Positions 11,971 through 25,432 of a stretch of DNA of 64,000 bases are shown here, in pieces. The translations under genes were made by a program, and so were the position numbers. The notes below the pieces were generated by a model. It was not told where the DNA came from and did no database searches. It saw only the letters and a program-made list of their open reading frames with translations. The stretch comes from the human T2T-CHM13v2.0 reference genome, Homo sapiens, in assembly GCF_009914755.1 (NCBI RefSeq), contig NC_060937.1. One strand, 5' to 3'. Positions within the stretch are counted from its first letter, which is position 1. Each line of letters opens with the position of its first letter.

Positions 11971-14109
11971 AATGATGACCCATAATCGCTTAAGTAAAAT
12001 GACCACTTTAGACAGCATTGAAACCATCACATCCTCAAAGCCATTCCAGATATTGCTACTTTTGAGGGACTTTACTGTACATTTTTACAACATTCTTGGA
12101 TAATGATTCCTCTCTTTGTCTTAACGTTCTTCCTTCTGTGTCCTCCTGGTTAATTTCCAGTTCATTTAAATTCAGCTCCAGAGCTCACCTCCCTCCCAAG
12201 TCTCACTGTCTCTGAATCTATACCTTGGGCTAAGGACTTCTCTGTGCTACTAGGGCTCCGATTGTTTCACTCATTATGAATTCATCCATCTTTATTGTTA
12301 AAATAAATATAAATGAACAACTGAGTGAAGCTTTGAGATTTCTAATCATTTTTAATACATAGAATAATTTATCATTTTGTTAACACTTTAACACACTGGG
12401 ATGACATCTGATCCTGTCCCCCTTTCATAATTATAGTCTAAGTCACCAGAATGTCACAACCTTGTCCGCCAGCATCTCTCTCATTGATCTTTTCCTCGTT
12501 ATTCAAAATTCACTACCTCAGTTCAGACCCTTCATTGTAGCACTTCTTGAATACTAAAAGGGGTTTCTGAATTTTCAGTTATTCTTGTTTCAGACAATTT
12601 TGTAAATAAGTCATTAGTCTTCCTTAGACATTTCTTTGATTAAGAATGTGAAGAGCTGAAAAGGAAAGAAGGGTGAGTTTTGCATACCAAAGAGGATAAC
12701 TAGACCAATGAACTATAATGTTAGTTTAGGTCCTGGCTCAGGTGACCTGAGATGAAGTTCAAATATTCTGATCTGGAATTGAAGTTTTTCTCTAACTTTG
12801 AGGTTATTTCACTATTTATTGACATTCAGAAAAAAAAAAAACTTATTGTTTGTGCTGTTGTTTCCCCTTTAGTCTCTCTTTTTATCCTTATATGTTGTTC
12901 TTCCTGTATAAAGTACATATACCTGTGGCCCCGTATGTGGTACCTGTAACCTGATTTTTTCCTGAAATCACTGCTGTGTCCTTTCTCACTTCTACCTTTC
13001 CACTTTCACTATCACCAGAACCTTGCTGTATTCTTCTCTCTCTCTGGTCGTACTGCGTCTGAAGTACATGTGCAGAATCAAGTTTATGCACTTCTTGTGA
13101 CGTCTCTTCTATGAACGAAGACATCTGTTACCTGAATCTCAGGTTTAAGTAACACTCTATTTGTTAGTTATTTGAATCCTATATTTACATACCATTGCAT
13201 TTATGTCTTATATTTATGCAAATTCCCATTTATTTGTGTTTTAGCATCTCAGTTTTGTGTGCTTTCTGAAGTCGATAATCATATCTTTATCATCATTATG
13301 TGAATCCACAGTAATTTTAAAACAATAATGACAACACAACAAACCCTACCTCTTCACTGCTCCTTAATTTTGAGCTAGGGACAGAAATGAATGAGATACA
13401 ATATCTGCAATTCATAAATGTGAAGGCAATTATATAAATATGTAAAACTTCATTTTATTTTATTAAATAGAATATTACATCGAGTAAAGTTATCATTTCT
13501 TGTGCCCCTACTATTATTTTTTCAACTGTCAAGATTGACGGTTGGGAAGCTGTCATCTTTATAATCATAATCTGAGGAGTGATTCATATAATTTCTGGAG
13601 TTTCAAAATCATGAAATATGTGACTCTTGCCCTTGATGTTGAAATTAACAGTAACCTCTTAGTGACCTCTTTTCTTAAACCTCTCTCCATAATCCTTGCA
13701 GTATTTCTTCTGTTCTACTTATTTCTGTTAAAGTATGAATATGTTTCTAACAAGGTTATTTATTACACTAATCAGGTCTACTCTGTACCTCTTAGAGTTA
13801 TTCTTCAGTCATTAAATTTTCTTTCCTAAGAGCAAGTAGTTAATAAAACAATCAGAATCTATTTAAGCTTTTGTTTTAATTATAAGAAAATAGCCTCTAA
13901 TTATGCTGTTAAAGGTTAATAAACATCTTCTTCAAAGTGTCAAGAAGTAAAAATTATGAAAGTAAACAGACATTTCTTGACAAGAATATATCCCCTCCAG
14001 AGGTGTACTAAAGGAAAATGCATGGGAAATCTAAGATAAATAGACCAATATCTTCAAGCTGCATTATATGAGTTAGAAATTAATTCTGAGATAGACATAT
14101 TCCCTTACT

Positions 14110-14232
14110 ACATTCTATGCAGAATGTAAATTTTTGGAAAGTGAGACTCTATCTATTCTTTTTAGTATATTCTCAGCACCCAGGTCATTGCCTGCTACAG
14201 TCAACAAATGTTTCCTGAACAAATAAATAAAT
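14110..14232 (+). mobile_element. L2 3' end
   Basis: agaatgtaaatttttggaaag…tatattctcagcaccc…caacaaatgtttcctgaacaaataaataaa. Confidence 0.6.
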
Positions 14233-15899
14233 AGAAATGCAACATGTGTCAATAAATATACCTCATGGTTACTATTTAGTTTCAAAATATGATATCGTTA
14301 TTTAAGTAGATTAATGCATCGGGCAAATTGTGCATTAGCAAATTAGATAATATTAGGAAAACGCACAGCTAATTTAATAGAATTTCCTTCTTTACAGGGG
14401 AGAATGTGGTGATTTTAAATGTTACTCCAAAAGATAAGAAAATCAGGAGTCCATCAGTCTACAAACACACACTGGACTCATTTATGTGTATTAACATTCT
14501 CATAAGCTGAGGATCCAGGAACACCACTTACAGGCACCACGGAGTCCCCACCTCAGTCTTTCTAAGGGTCAGTCCCACTTCACTGTTTGATATTCAAGGC
14601 ACTATAACACATATATTCATAATGATTCGGCCTTTATTATAAAAGGAAAAAGCATGAATAATTATATTCTAGTTTTGTATAAAGTGGTGCAAGTTTTTTA
14701 TTGTTCTTTAATCTTATGGTACTTAGAATATGGTTGACAGAATTACATCACATTTTTAGGAAGTAAAAGATGTGTGCTTTACCAGTGATTTACTGTCGTT
14801 TATATAATATTAAAATATTGTGCACAATATTAAATAGAGCTTAAATGTATAAACCCATTAATTTTCTCTTAAATACTCTGAATTGTTATCTACGAAATCA
14901 GTAGTTAAAATTTAATAACTAAAATTTAAAATGAAAGGCCTTCCTTCAGTTTATAAGATTTACAGGCTCAGCTCTCATAAATATAAATAGATGAATCTTC
15001 AATATCATCAATATATAGTAAATGAAAAGCAACACAGGCAAGATAAAAAAAGCTGAAATGGTTTGCAGAGGAAATTCTACCTAAAGTTTAAAGATAAGTG
15101 GTGTTTCCTGGCTTATAAAATTTAGAAACGCATTGCTAAATCTTTTCATAAAACTGGTTTATAACACGTAACAAATCCCCTTGTAATGAATGTACTTCAC
15201 ATTTCAGAAAAATCACATTTTTGTTATGTCTTGAGCAACTATCCATAATTCACCCCATGACAGTTTAGTAGACTTATATACATGTTACCTGACCCGTTCC
15301 GTATTAGACTCATTAAAATTGCACTGTGCTAAGAATATAGCTACATTTTAGGCAAATGTTTATACTGTATATAATATGTTCCAGGAATTATAAGAGAGTA
15401 TTTACATGTGTAATTTTATCTTCGAATAAAACCCTTTCAATTGCTTCTGAAGTTAGCATTATGATTTACTATAGATTTTTATGATCTAAAGTGTATTTAC
15501 AAATTAATGTAATTTGCTTCTCTTAATGTCCTAGTTGAATTGTCATATCAATAAAATCTCACCAATCAAAATATTCATTTGGCATTTAAATTAAGTTAAT
15601 TAAGCTTCATTAATTTATAGATACCTTATGGATATACTACAGCAAATAATTAGTTAAGTCACTTAAGTTATGCCAAACAGAGCCTCTTCTGTCTCTGCTT
15701 CAACTTTAAGAATCCAAGACGCGAGTATCTCAGAGCCCAGAGGAGCAATTGCGCTTCCTCCATCCCTACTTTGCCTCTCAGGGTTCATGTTAGTACTTAT
15801 CCTATCCCCAATTCTACTTTAGTTAAGTAAGTGCCTGGCAAAGTCCACGTCGTCTTTAAAAGAGCATATCCATGCACTGACACAGCCAGAGAGTCATCA

Positions 15900-16085
15900 G
15901 TCAGATTCTCACTGTCCCCGCTTACTTCATGGCTACATGCCATGGAGCTATCCAGCCCTGAGAGCCTTAGTCCCACATCTGCAAATGCAGATAATCCTGT
16001 GAGCTCATGCAGCTGTATGGGTAAGTGGGTGACATGACAGCAAGCTCCTGACACTACGTAGGGTTCCTGATGTATGGCAGACGCA
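15900..16085 (+). mobile_element. MIR-like remnant
   Basis: gagccttagtcccacatctgcaaatgcagataatcc…cctgacactacgtagg resembles the MIR core and 3' part. Confidence 0.4.
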
Positions 16086-17185
16086 CTCTGAGCTGAGCCC
16101 GGAGCCGAACTCGAGGCTGTGCCACAAGATGCAGCTGATGGAGCCCCAGGCTTCTCTTTGCAGGAAGCTCCATTTTCAGATTTCTGTAGAGAAATTCAGA
16201 GTATAGAACTATGTCTTTCCTTCTGTCCCGTTCCACAGTCAAAGGCCAGAAGTCCGGGGGGAAAAAGCTAGAAGGAAAATACTCCTTTAGTGAGAGAGTT
16301 TGTGAGGCCTGAGTCAGAGAATCTGCTACTTCAAAAAGAGGGTGAAGAAGGTTAATGCAGAGTTAGTCAGTTCTGCACAAAACACAGGGTGCCGCTGGCC
16401 AAGGAAAGACCCAGGCCAGGCAGTGCAACCAGTCCTCAAGAACCTGTGCAGCCCGGGGACCCAGGGAGCCTTCCCCTTATCAGAGGCCCAGAGAGGCTGA
16501 GAGAGAACGGAAGCCCAGACCCAAGAACTGGCAGGGAGTTGCCAAAGCAGGCCCTGGCCCCCATCAGATTGGATGTATTATTTACACAGGTTTTAATGTC
16601 AGAGTTTGCAATGTAATCTCCCTTTGTAATTGCTTCTGACAGTGGCTCACCATTCACATTTGCTACCCGCAGTTTTATGTTGTGTCTGTGCAAGTTTCTC
16701 GACCTCTCCAGCCACCACTGAAGCATGATAAATATTGCCCTTCCTCCCATGGAGGGAAGGTTTTGGTCTCTGCAGAATTCACAAGCAGGCTGGCTTGCAG
16801 GGTATAACTCCAGAGTACGGAAGGAGGAGTGTAGAGAATGTCTAAGTAGAGGAGGAACTAACAACTGTGCAGAAGAGCTTTGAGCCTAACCTGTCCGGGG
16901 AGGCCTCTGCTGAATAACATTTTTCTCTCTTCTAAATATCACAGGTAAAAAAGGCAAGGTTGTGCCGTAAAGCAATCACTTTAATTGGAGTGATCATTGC
17001 AATTCTCTAATTACTTAAATTGGCAGCAAACAAAATAATCCAATTGATCATTAAGCAGGCTGCTTAATTATATTGTAATTCACCACCCGAACCACGAGAA
17101 TAGGGCTCCAAACTGGATATTACGCATTTCTTCATGCAAGTCATCACTCAAAACTTACGTTGTGAGGGGAGAAGATGTTTGATTT

Positions 17186-17522
<337 letters not shown>

Positions 17523-18182
17523 AGATGTTTGATTTTAGTAACAAATTTAAAAAACAAATGTGGGAAACTCTTTAGAAACCCAAATTCACTTTGGGTAACA
17601 ATCATTAACTTTTTTCTGCTTATTCAAATTGCTTTATTGTTAATCAGTGCATCATTTATCGGTGTCATCATCTCTATGTATAATGAAAAAAATGTCACTA
17701 TATTGGGGAAAGCCTCTTTCAAATAAAAAACAAAATATGCTTATTGGAAAATTTTAGAAGAAATTCTACCACCTGCAAGCTTATATGGTTATATAAAAAT
17801 CAATACCCAGCAAAAAAGATAATATTTTGAGAATATTGTTGAAATCAAACTAAGAGCCTTAATCTTAAGTAAGTAAAATAACTTCCTTGAGAAATAGTTT
17901 AAATTTTACTATAAAATTATTATTGAATATTCTCATATTCTAAATCAATAAATTTTATTTAAGTCTATGAATGTATTATCTCTTCAAAACAGAGATATAT
18001 TATTCACTTGAAAGTAATTCTGGTTTTATATTTAAGCTAAACTTGTTTCAACTGAAGAGAACCTGACCAATTTTATACATATAAGATCTCTTATGAAAGA
18101 GGGACATGGAAAGATGGGGTATTGGACACAGATGTGGGACTGATAGTCATTCCTTTTGCTTATCTTCAGAGATGTGCCTCTC

Positions 18183-18880
<698 letters not shown>

Positions 18881-19375
18881 AGTGTATTCAATACTACACA
18901 AATTGTATAATGTGATTTTTCAACCTCTGAAATATCATGTGTTGGGTTATGATTTAGTGTACAACAGTACATCTTCCCCAAAATAGCAGAGCAGTTTAAT
19001 CAGATTTTTACATATTTCAAAAAGGTAGTATCTGTTCTTTAGTCATTTTTGATGGCCAGAGCCTAGCTTCTTGAAAAAAAAATGTTTTGTTAGGTTTGTT
19101 AGGTGTTTCCTTGAAGAACATTCGTTCACTGAAATTTAGGGCTTACTATGCATTGTAACCCTTTTAGCACAGAAGTTACAGCAGCAAACAATGCAAACAA
19201 ACAAGCACAGTCCATGTTGAATTCTTAAATGTGACTCTTGTAGAAGCAATCTTGATGGGGTGGTAATGCTAATTTCACATAGCCCCTATCACATTTGGGG
19301 AAAAGATGGAAACTTTGGAAAGGGGATGGGGTGACGGTTTGCATACCGTGGGGAAGGCAGAACCTGCTCTTTGCT

Positions 19376-19506
19376 GACAGAGCCAGGAGCAGTCCAGCAG
19401 TGTTGTTAGTAGGTTTGGCCTACTAACAACACTGCTACCAGCAGAAGGGACACTGGAAGCCCCTTTTGTGCTGGCACCAGACCACTGGACTGCTCCTGGC
19501 TCTGTC
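19376..19506. other. Nested inverted-repeat (T/Y-shaped) element of unknown origin
   Basis: Perfect 22-bp IR 19376-19397 / 19485-19506; perfect 18-bp IR 19396-19413 / 19419-19436; imperfect IR 19438-19449 / 19461-19474. Confidence 0.9.
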
Positions 19507-20561
19507 TCTGCTGCTCTGGAAAACTGATAATGGTCATTTCTCTTTGGATTATTTTGGTTTCTCAGAAGCACAGCCTTTTTGAGATGGAAGAAAACACATT
19601 TTGTGGAAAGGAACACTCAGACCCAGAAAGTTTCGGTGGTTTACCTAAAGCACAAAATCCATGGGTCCCAAATCCCATCTCCATATGCATTCTCCATGCC
19701 ACACTGTTTTAAAAATACAAGTGAAAAAGCAAGCACGGACACCCATGCAGCTGAGGAACCGAAAAGAGGCTCTACATCGACTCTAATTTTTCTTTATTCT
19801 GAAAATAATATATTTCAAGTTTTATCAAAAATGCCTACTCTCAGTACCGTGTCTGTGCACTAATGTTGTGCGTTGGTATTCTTGTGGGATGTGTCACTGT
19901 TGTGCTGATTGTTCATACTGGAAAGGTGTCGGCATTCAGAGAGACTGAGCACAGGAAACACAACCCAACCAACCCAAGCTGCGTCCCTGTTGTCTACACG
20001 CAGGTCACTGGCCTAATGATTCTGAGATTTTTCCCTGAGAATCTTCCAAGAAAAAAAAAAAAATTCAAATGTTGATGAAGATGAGTTCAGAAGGGAGAAA
20101 TTGCTCCAAAACATCACAGAAAATTAGTGGTAAATCTGTGAATATTCCTTGAGTCTCTTTTTTTTTAGTGTTTGTGTTACCAATTATTTTATTTGACATA
20201 TTTTCATTACTTCTAATTGTACATTATTATTTATTCATTTTTATCAATCTTTTTTAGAAGTAAGCTCTTCTTTGTTCTTTTCAATAGCACAAAAATTATC
20301 ATTGAAATTGGGCCAGTCTGACAGCTATATGTATAGTATAGTATTCCAATTTGCTAAAATTTATCCCCAAATATGGTATTCCACATTTCTTGAAAGAAAA
20401 TACTAATGATCCCACAACAAATAAAATACTAAGAGCAACCGTGGTTGCCTATGCTTGTTTTCACAGAATATAACTAAATCACTCCTTACTCTCACCTTTG
20501 GTTTAAGGTATGGCTTGAACTGGAATTTGGTTTGACGAGGTAGAGGTGGTGGAAGACATCC

Positions 20562-21060
20562 GGTGGTAGTAAATTTTATGTGTCCATTTGACTGGCTAAT
20601 GCCCAGATCACGGGTAAAACATGATTTCTGGGGTGTTTCAGGGCGTTTCCCAGAGAGATTAGCATTTTACTCTGTAGACTGAGTAAAGATGACCTGCCTC
20701 GCCCCTGCCTGTGGGCATCAACATGTCTGTCGAGGTCCTGGATTGAACATAGGCAGAGGAAGAGCGAGCTCTCTTTCCTCTTGAGCTGGGACATCCATCT
20801 TTCCTTGTCCTCAGATGTCAATGCTCCCAGTTCTTAGACTTTTGGACTCAGACTGGGACCACACCCTTGGCTCAGTGCTGTGGGGTCAGTGGGCCTGGGC
20901 TGGAAGGAAACCGTGGGCTTTCCTGGCCCCCCACCCTGCAGGGACCAGATCGTGGGACTTCTCCGCCTCCATGATGGCAGGAGCTGATACTTCATAACAG
21001 ATCTCTTTCTGTACATGCATGTATCCTATTGGCTCTCTTCCTCTGTAGAGCTCTAATACA
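20562..21060 (+). mobile_element. MLT2B-type ERVL solo LTR
   Basis: gtaaattttatgtgtccatttgactggctaa…gagattagcattt…gactgagtaaagatga…cttgagctgggacatcc…tatcctattggctct…ctaataca; 5-bp TSD CATCC/CACCC. Confidence 0.9.
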
Positions 21061-21779
21061 CACCCCATGTGGAGGAGACGGCAGCAGAGAGGAGACGCCA
21101 TGCTAAAAACTCAGCCAGTGTTATTAAAGAAGGGGTAGTAGAGAAAACTTCAGGGAGTAACTCCCAAAGTTTGCATGGTATAAAAGACACAGAAAACAGT
21201 CCGGATAAGGAGTGAATCTTTCATTGCTCGCTTATGTATTTTGCCTCATGACAATAACAACAACAAAACAAAACAAGTTAAGGCAGCTAGCAAAAATAAA
21301 AAGAGTAGACTACAATGTTAGAATAAAGGAAGAAATAATGAGAAAGGGAATAAATGCAAGAGAAATAAGATTAAATCAAGAGAAAAGTAAAAAACCAATA
21401 ATATCTCATTTGTTTCTATCTGAGCTTCCTAGACTCAAAGTAAGGAAGGGAACCAGCTCAGGCTGAGGAGGCATGCGGTCTGCAGAGGTTGTATACGGTG
21501 TCCCTGTGCATCCTTAGGTGTTCTGGGGAGGAACAACTACTCATCAGGATAGACATTTCTCCTCTGCGTCCTTATAAGCGCTGTCAAGGCCATGTAACGA
21601 ACTATCTATTCAGCATCAGCATCAAACCTTTGCAACAACAGCAAAAGCTTTAGGGTTGCTATTTGAATGTACACTCACACACACTCATTCCCAGTCCGAG
21701 TTTAAAAGTCCATTATTCTTTGATGTTCATTAATGGTAAACTCAAATTAAAAACTAAAATTAACACAGAATTTTTATCC

Positions 21780-22270
21780 TAGGAAAAAGATAACAACGTG
21801 AAATATATCGCTATTGGTGAGATATAAAGGAGAGACATGGCAGAGATGGAACCAGCTTGGACTAAAGGGGGATCCACCGGCCGAGGAAGGCAGGTAGCCC
21901 AAGGAAGGAGGCGGAGATCTTCCCAAGGCTTCCCTCCATAGAAAGGAAGGAAGGAGAAATCATTAAGCAAGAGAAGGGCCATTTAACCAGGGAAATCACC
22001 AAGTTTTTTGGGATTAGGGCTAAGAAGACAGTCAGGGAAGACAAGCTGGTTTGGAAACATTGACTTTGAAACGCCCGTAGAATTTTCAAACAGAGATAAT
22101 CGAATTCACAGGTTTCCAGGAATGTGCATTTGGAATTGGCAAAGGAATCTGCTGAAGAAGCTAAAGTCAATAGTGGATTCCAGAAAAGGAGGAAAATGAG
22201 GATGGGTCTTCTGCAATGTAGACTGGATGGGACTAGGGGGGAATGTTTGGAATCCAGAGAGAAAAATGAT
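21780..22270 (-). mobile_element. L2 fragment
   Basis: Purine-rich stretch with ggtttggaaacattgactttgaaacgcccgtaga, resembling the reverse L2 body. Confidence 0.4.
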
Positions 22271-22989
22271 AAACCACTGAATTGAATAAAATACCCAAGG
22301 ACTTGTCTGATGATTTCTTCCAAGAACACTACAAATAAAAAAGCAAACTAGATACTGAAATTATGTACTTAGAAATGTCTTTCTCACTCCAAATGTAAAT
22401 ATATTTTATGGTTTCTTTCAGTACTTTAAAATTTTATTTTTCATTTAGTTTTTTAAAGGTTCTGAACTATATTTTTAATATAGTATGATGTACTACATTG
22501 TCATTTTAAATGGAGAGCAGTTCACCAAAACTATGTCATTATTAGTATGTTCTTTCTGCTCATGTGTTTATCATGTAAATTCACATACAAGCACACATGC
22601 ACACTCACACACACTCACACAGAGGTATTTGTAATCTATGCTCCCCCACTGGTCTACTGGTGTTCTGCCAAGGCCATTTATTTTTATATTTTAACATCTT
22701 TATATTTGTTAAGGCACAGAAACCAACCTTCTTAAAAAAGATTGTTTGAAAGTCTTCACTGTCAACTTTGTGTGTACAGGATAATCTCTTCACCACGGTT
22801 GTGAAGAATGCTAAGAAATTATTTTCAACATTCCTTTTTCTAGTTTTGTTTCCTAATACCACCCACCATTAACCCCGTATGTTTTCCAAAAAACAATTTT
22901 TAAAACTATTCTATGTCAGTTCATTATTTTGTGTCATTATACACGTGTTCTAAGTGTTAAATGTTGAATGCCCTTGTCAGTATTTGTTT

Positions 22990-23580
22990 CTCTGAAACAT
23001 TTATGCCTTAATACCCACTAAGGTCTTATTTCCCAAGAACAAGGATATTCTCCTACAACAATGCAGTTATCAAAGTCAGTAGATGTAACAGTCACATGAT
23101 ATTTTCATCTAAGAAACATTTCATATTGCAATTTTAACAAATATCCCGAAGATTTCCCCTGTTCTGATGGAGAATCGAGTCCAGGCTCACATGTTGTACT
23201 TAGGTGCCATGTCACCTTCGTCTCCTTTTAGTCTGAAATGCCTCCTCAGCTTTACTTGTTTTTTCCTGACATTGACATTTTGAAGGCCAAAAGTAAGTTA
23301 TTTTATAGAACATCCTTCACTTTGGGTTTTTCTTATGTTACCTTGTGATTAAGTGCAAGTGTTATGTTCCCCACCAGAATAACAAATAACTATTATTTGT
23401 CAGAGTATCATATCGGAAGGACTCAGCGTCTGTCTCCTCCCATCAGCAATGGTAATTCTGAATTACTCAGCCAAGGTGACGTGTGAGATTTCCAATACAG
23501 TCGCTACTTTGCCCTTTAACTAATAAGGAATCTTTGGGGAAAAACTTTGAGAACATGCAAATTGCCTATTCCCTGCCAAT
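22990..23580 (-). mobile_element. L1MC4/5-type LINE-1 3' UTR
   Basis: tatttcccaagaacaaggatattctccta…gtccaggctcacatgttg…tgacattgacattttgaagg…tttggggaaaactttgaga. Confidence 0.7.
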
Positions 23581-25264
23581 CTTTTTAGTTTGCAAATTCC
23601 TACCTATTAATTTTTAAGATTACCATCTCCTCTGTATGAAAGTTTCACCAGTCACAGATAATGATTATTTCATCTTCCCCACTTCCTGTGAAGCCTGTCC
23701 ATGTCCCTGTCATAGGACTCATGGTAAACCTGTGTTTGCATAACTGTCTCTTCCATATTAACTTCTCAAAGGCAGAGACAACATATTGCTAGCCGTTAAC
23801 GTGCTCAATGTTAAGAACTACTTGCATTATTTATTAATGGACTTAGATCGTATCAAAAGAAACTTTCCTAGGTTTGTCATTTTAGATTAACAAGATAATA
23901 TGCAAAATGGAGCCTGCTTTGTCATCCCTTGAATTTAAGAATATTTAGTAAAACTGTATTCCTAATGTATAACAATGGTTGCCTAGTAGTCTATCTGAAC
24001 TTCTTTCTAAATATGATTTTGCTGTTTTGACCTTGCCTTGACATCTTGGAAATGCAAATATTATATTTTACTTCAGGATCCACTGCTCTGTAGGGACACA
24101 CTTTCTCCCATCTCATTTCAAAGGTATACAACTCATGAAATTCCTGCATGCTGGCATGCATGTGATCTTCATTGTCATTCTGTAACACAGGCTATTTTGA
24201 ATGAGTCTTATGCTAGCATCTGTGCAGTTTTATTTCTAAGAGAAACGACAGTCAAAGGCGTGCTTGTAATTTGTATATTGTATCCTTATGTGCCACTCAT
24301 GTCTGATCACAGGACTGTTCTGGAAGATAGGAGATTGTAAGCTCTGCAGTCCCTGGACTCCTGCTGGCTCCGACCCTGCTGTGCCTCCTCTCCTGCTTTG
24401 TATGCATCCCAGATCAGTCGCAGCACAGGGGTCTGTGAAGATACCTGATATCAATACAAACGTTTCCATTTTATTTTGCTCTGAAAAAATCAGTTGATAA
24501 ATGCTGTGGATGGATGTGGATCTTTAAGCTGTCATCTGCTTCTGTAGAATCTCCAGGTGTCAGCTGACAAATGTGAACTTCAAAATAACAAACATAATGC
24601 CATTTGTTTCCAAGACCATACGAACTCATTCTTTAGACATCTTTTGACTATGCCTTGTGCTCCTGGCTAAAAGAGCAACCAGAATAAATTAAATGTGGTT
24701 CTTAACATGAAGGAGTACCATGCAATAATCTGATGAAACAGGAGTGAGTGCTATGAGTGCTCTTTTTCATTTCACGGAAAAAATTACCTTCCAGGCATTT
24801 CCCAGTTCCCATGAGGAGTTTCCTCTGTGTTCCACTTCCTAACTGCCAAAGTTGACTTTTGAAATGTTGGAGCTGAGTCCTTCTTAAAACTTACATGAGT
24901 AGGCTTTTTGAATTCAGAGGTTGGAAGGCTTCTTCAGATGAACAAGTTAATGTAAGTAAAATAGGTTTAATGAGTTTTTACAATTGTTTATTCACGTTAG
25001 ATTAATAACAACAACAACAAAAAACCATTTACTGAGCACAAAATTTAAGCACATTCCTTGCTATTTGAGCAGTGAAAAAAAATGAAGGAGAAAACACTTT
25101 TGCCGCAAGGAGATTCCAGCCTGCTGGGGAAAATGGCAACTTCACAGGGAAGCTCAGCTGTGGATGACAGTCAGAGCCCCCAGGTCAAAGATCATCTCTC
25201 ACAGACTGTGGCCTTAAAAACAGGCCAGAGCACATTGATCCGTTGTGACAAACAATCACTGCTG

Positions 25265-25432
25265 TATTCCTACTGCCGAAAGTGTGATACAAGAAACACC
25301 AGCATCAACATCATTAGAGAGCTCCTCAGAAAGGCAGCATCTCAGCCCCCAACTGAGAACTTGAGATGGGAATCTGCATTTTAACGTGTTTTTCAGGTGA
25401 TTTGAGTGCAAAATCCTATTTGAGAAGCCCTG
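25265..25432 (+). mobile_element. MER5A hAT-Charlie MITE
   Basis: aaagtgtg…ccagcatcaacatcattagagagct…gaatctgcattttaac…caggtgatt…tttgagaagccctg. Confidence 0.75.

Noticed and set aside
14814-14831. Perfect 18-bp palindrome AATATTGTGCACAATATT
   Set aside because: 9-bp arms in AT-rich DNA are not unexpected by chance in a window this size.
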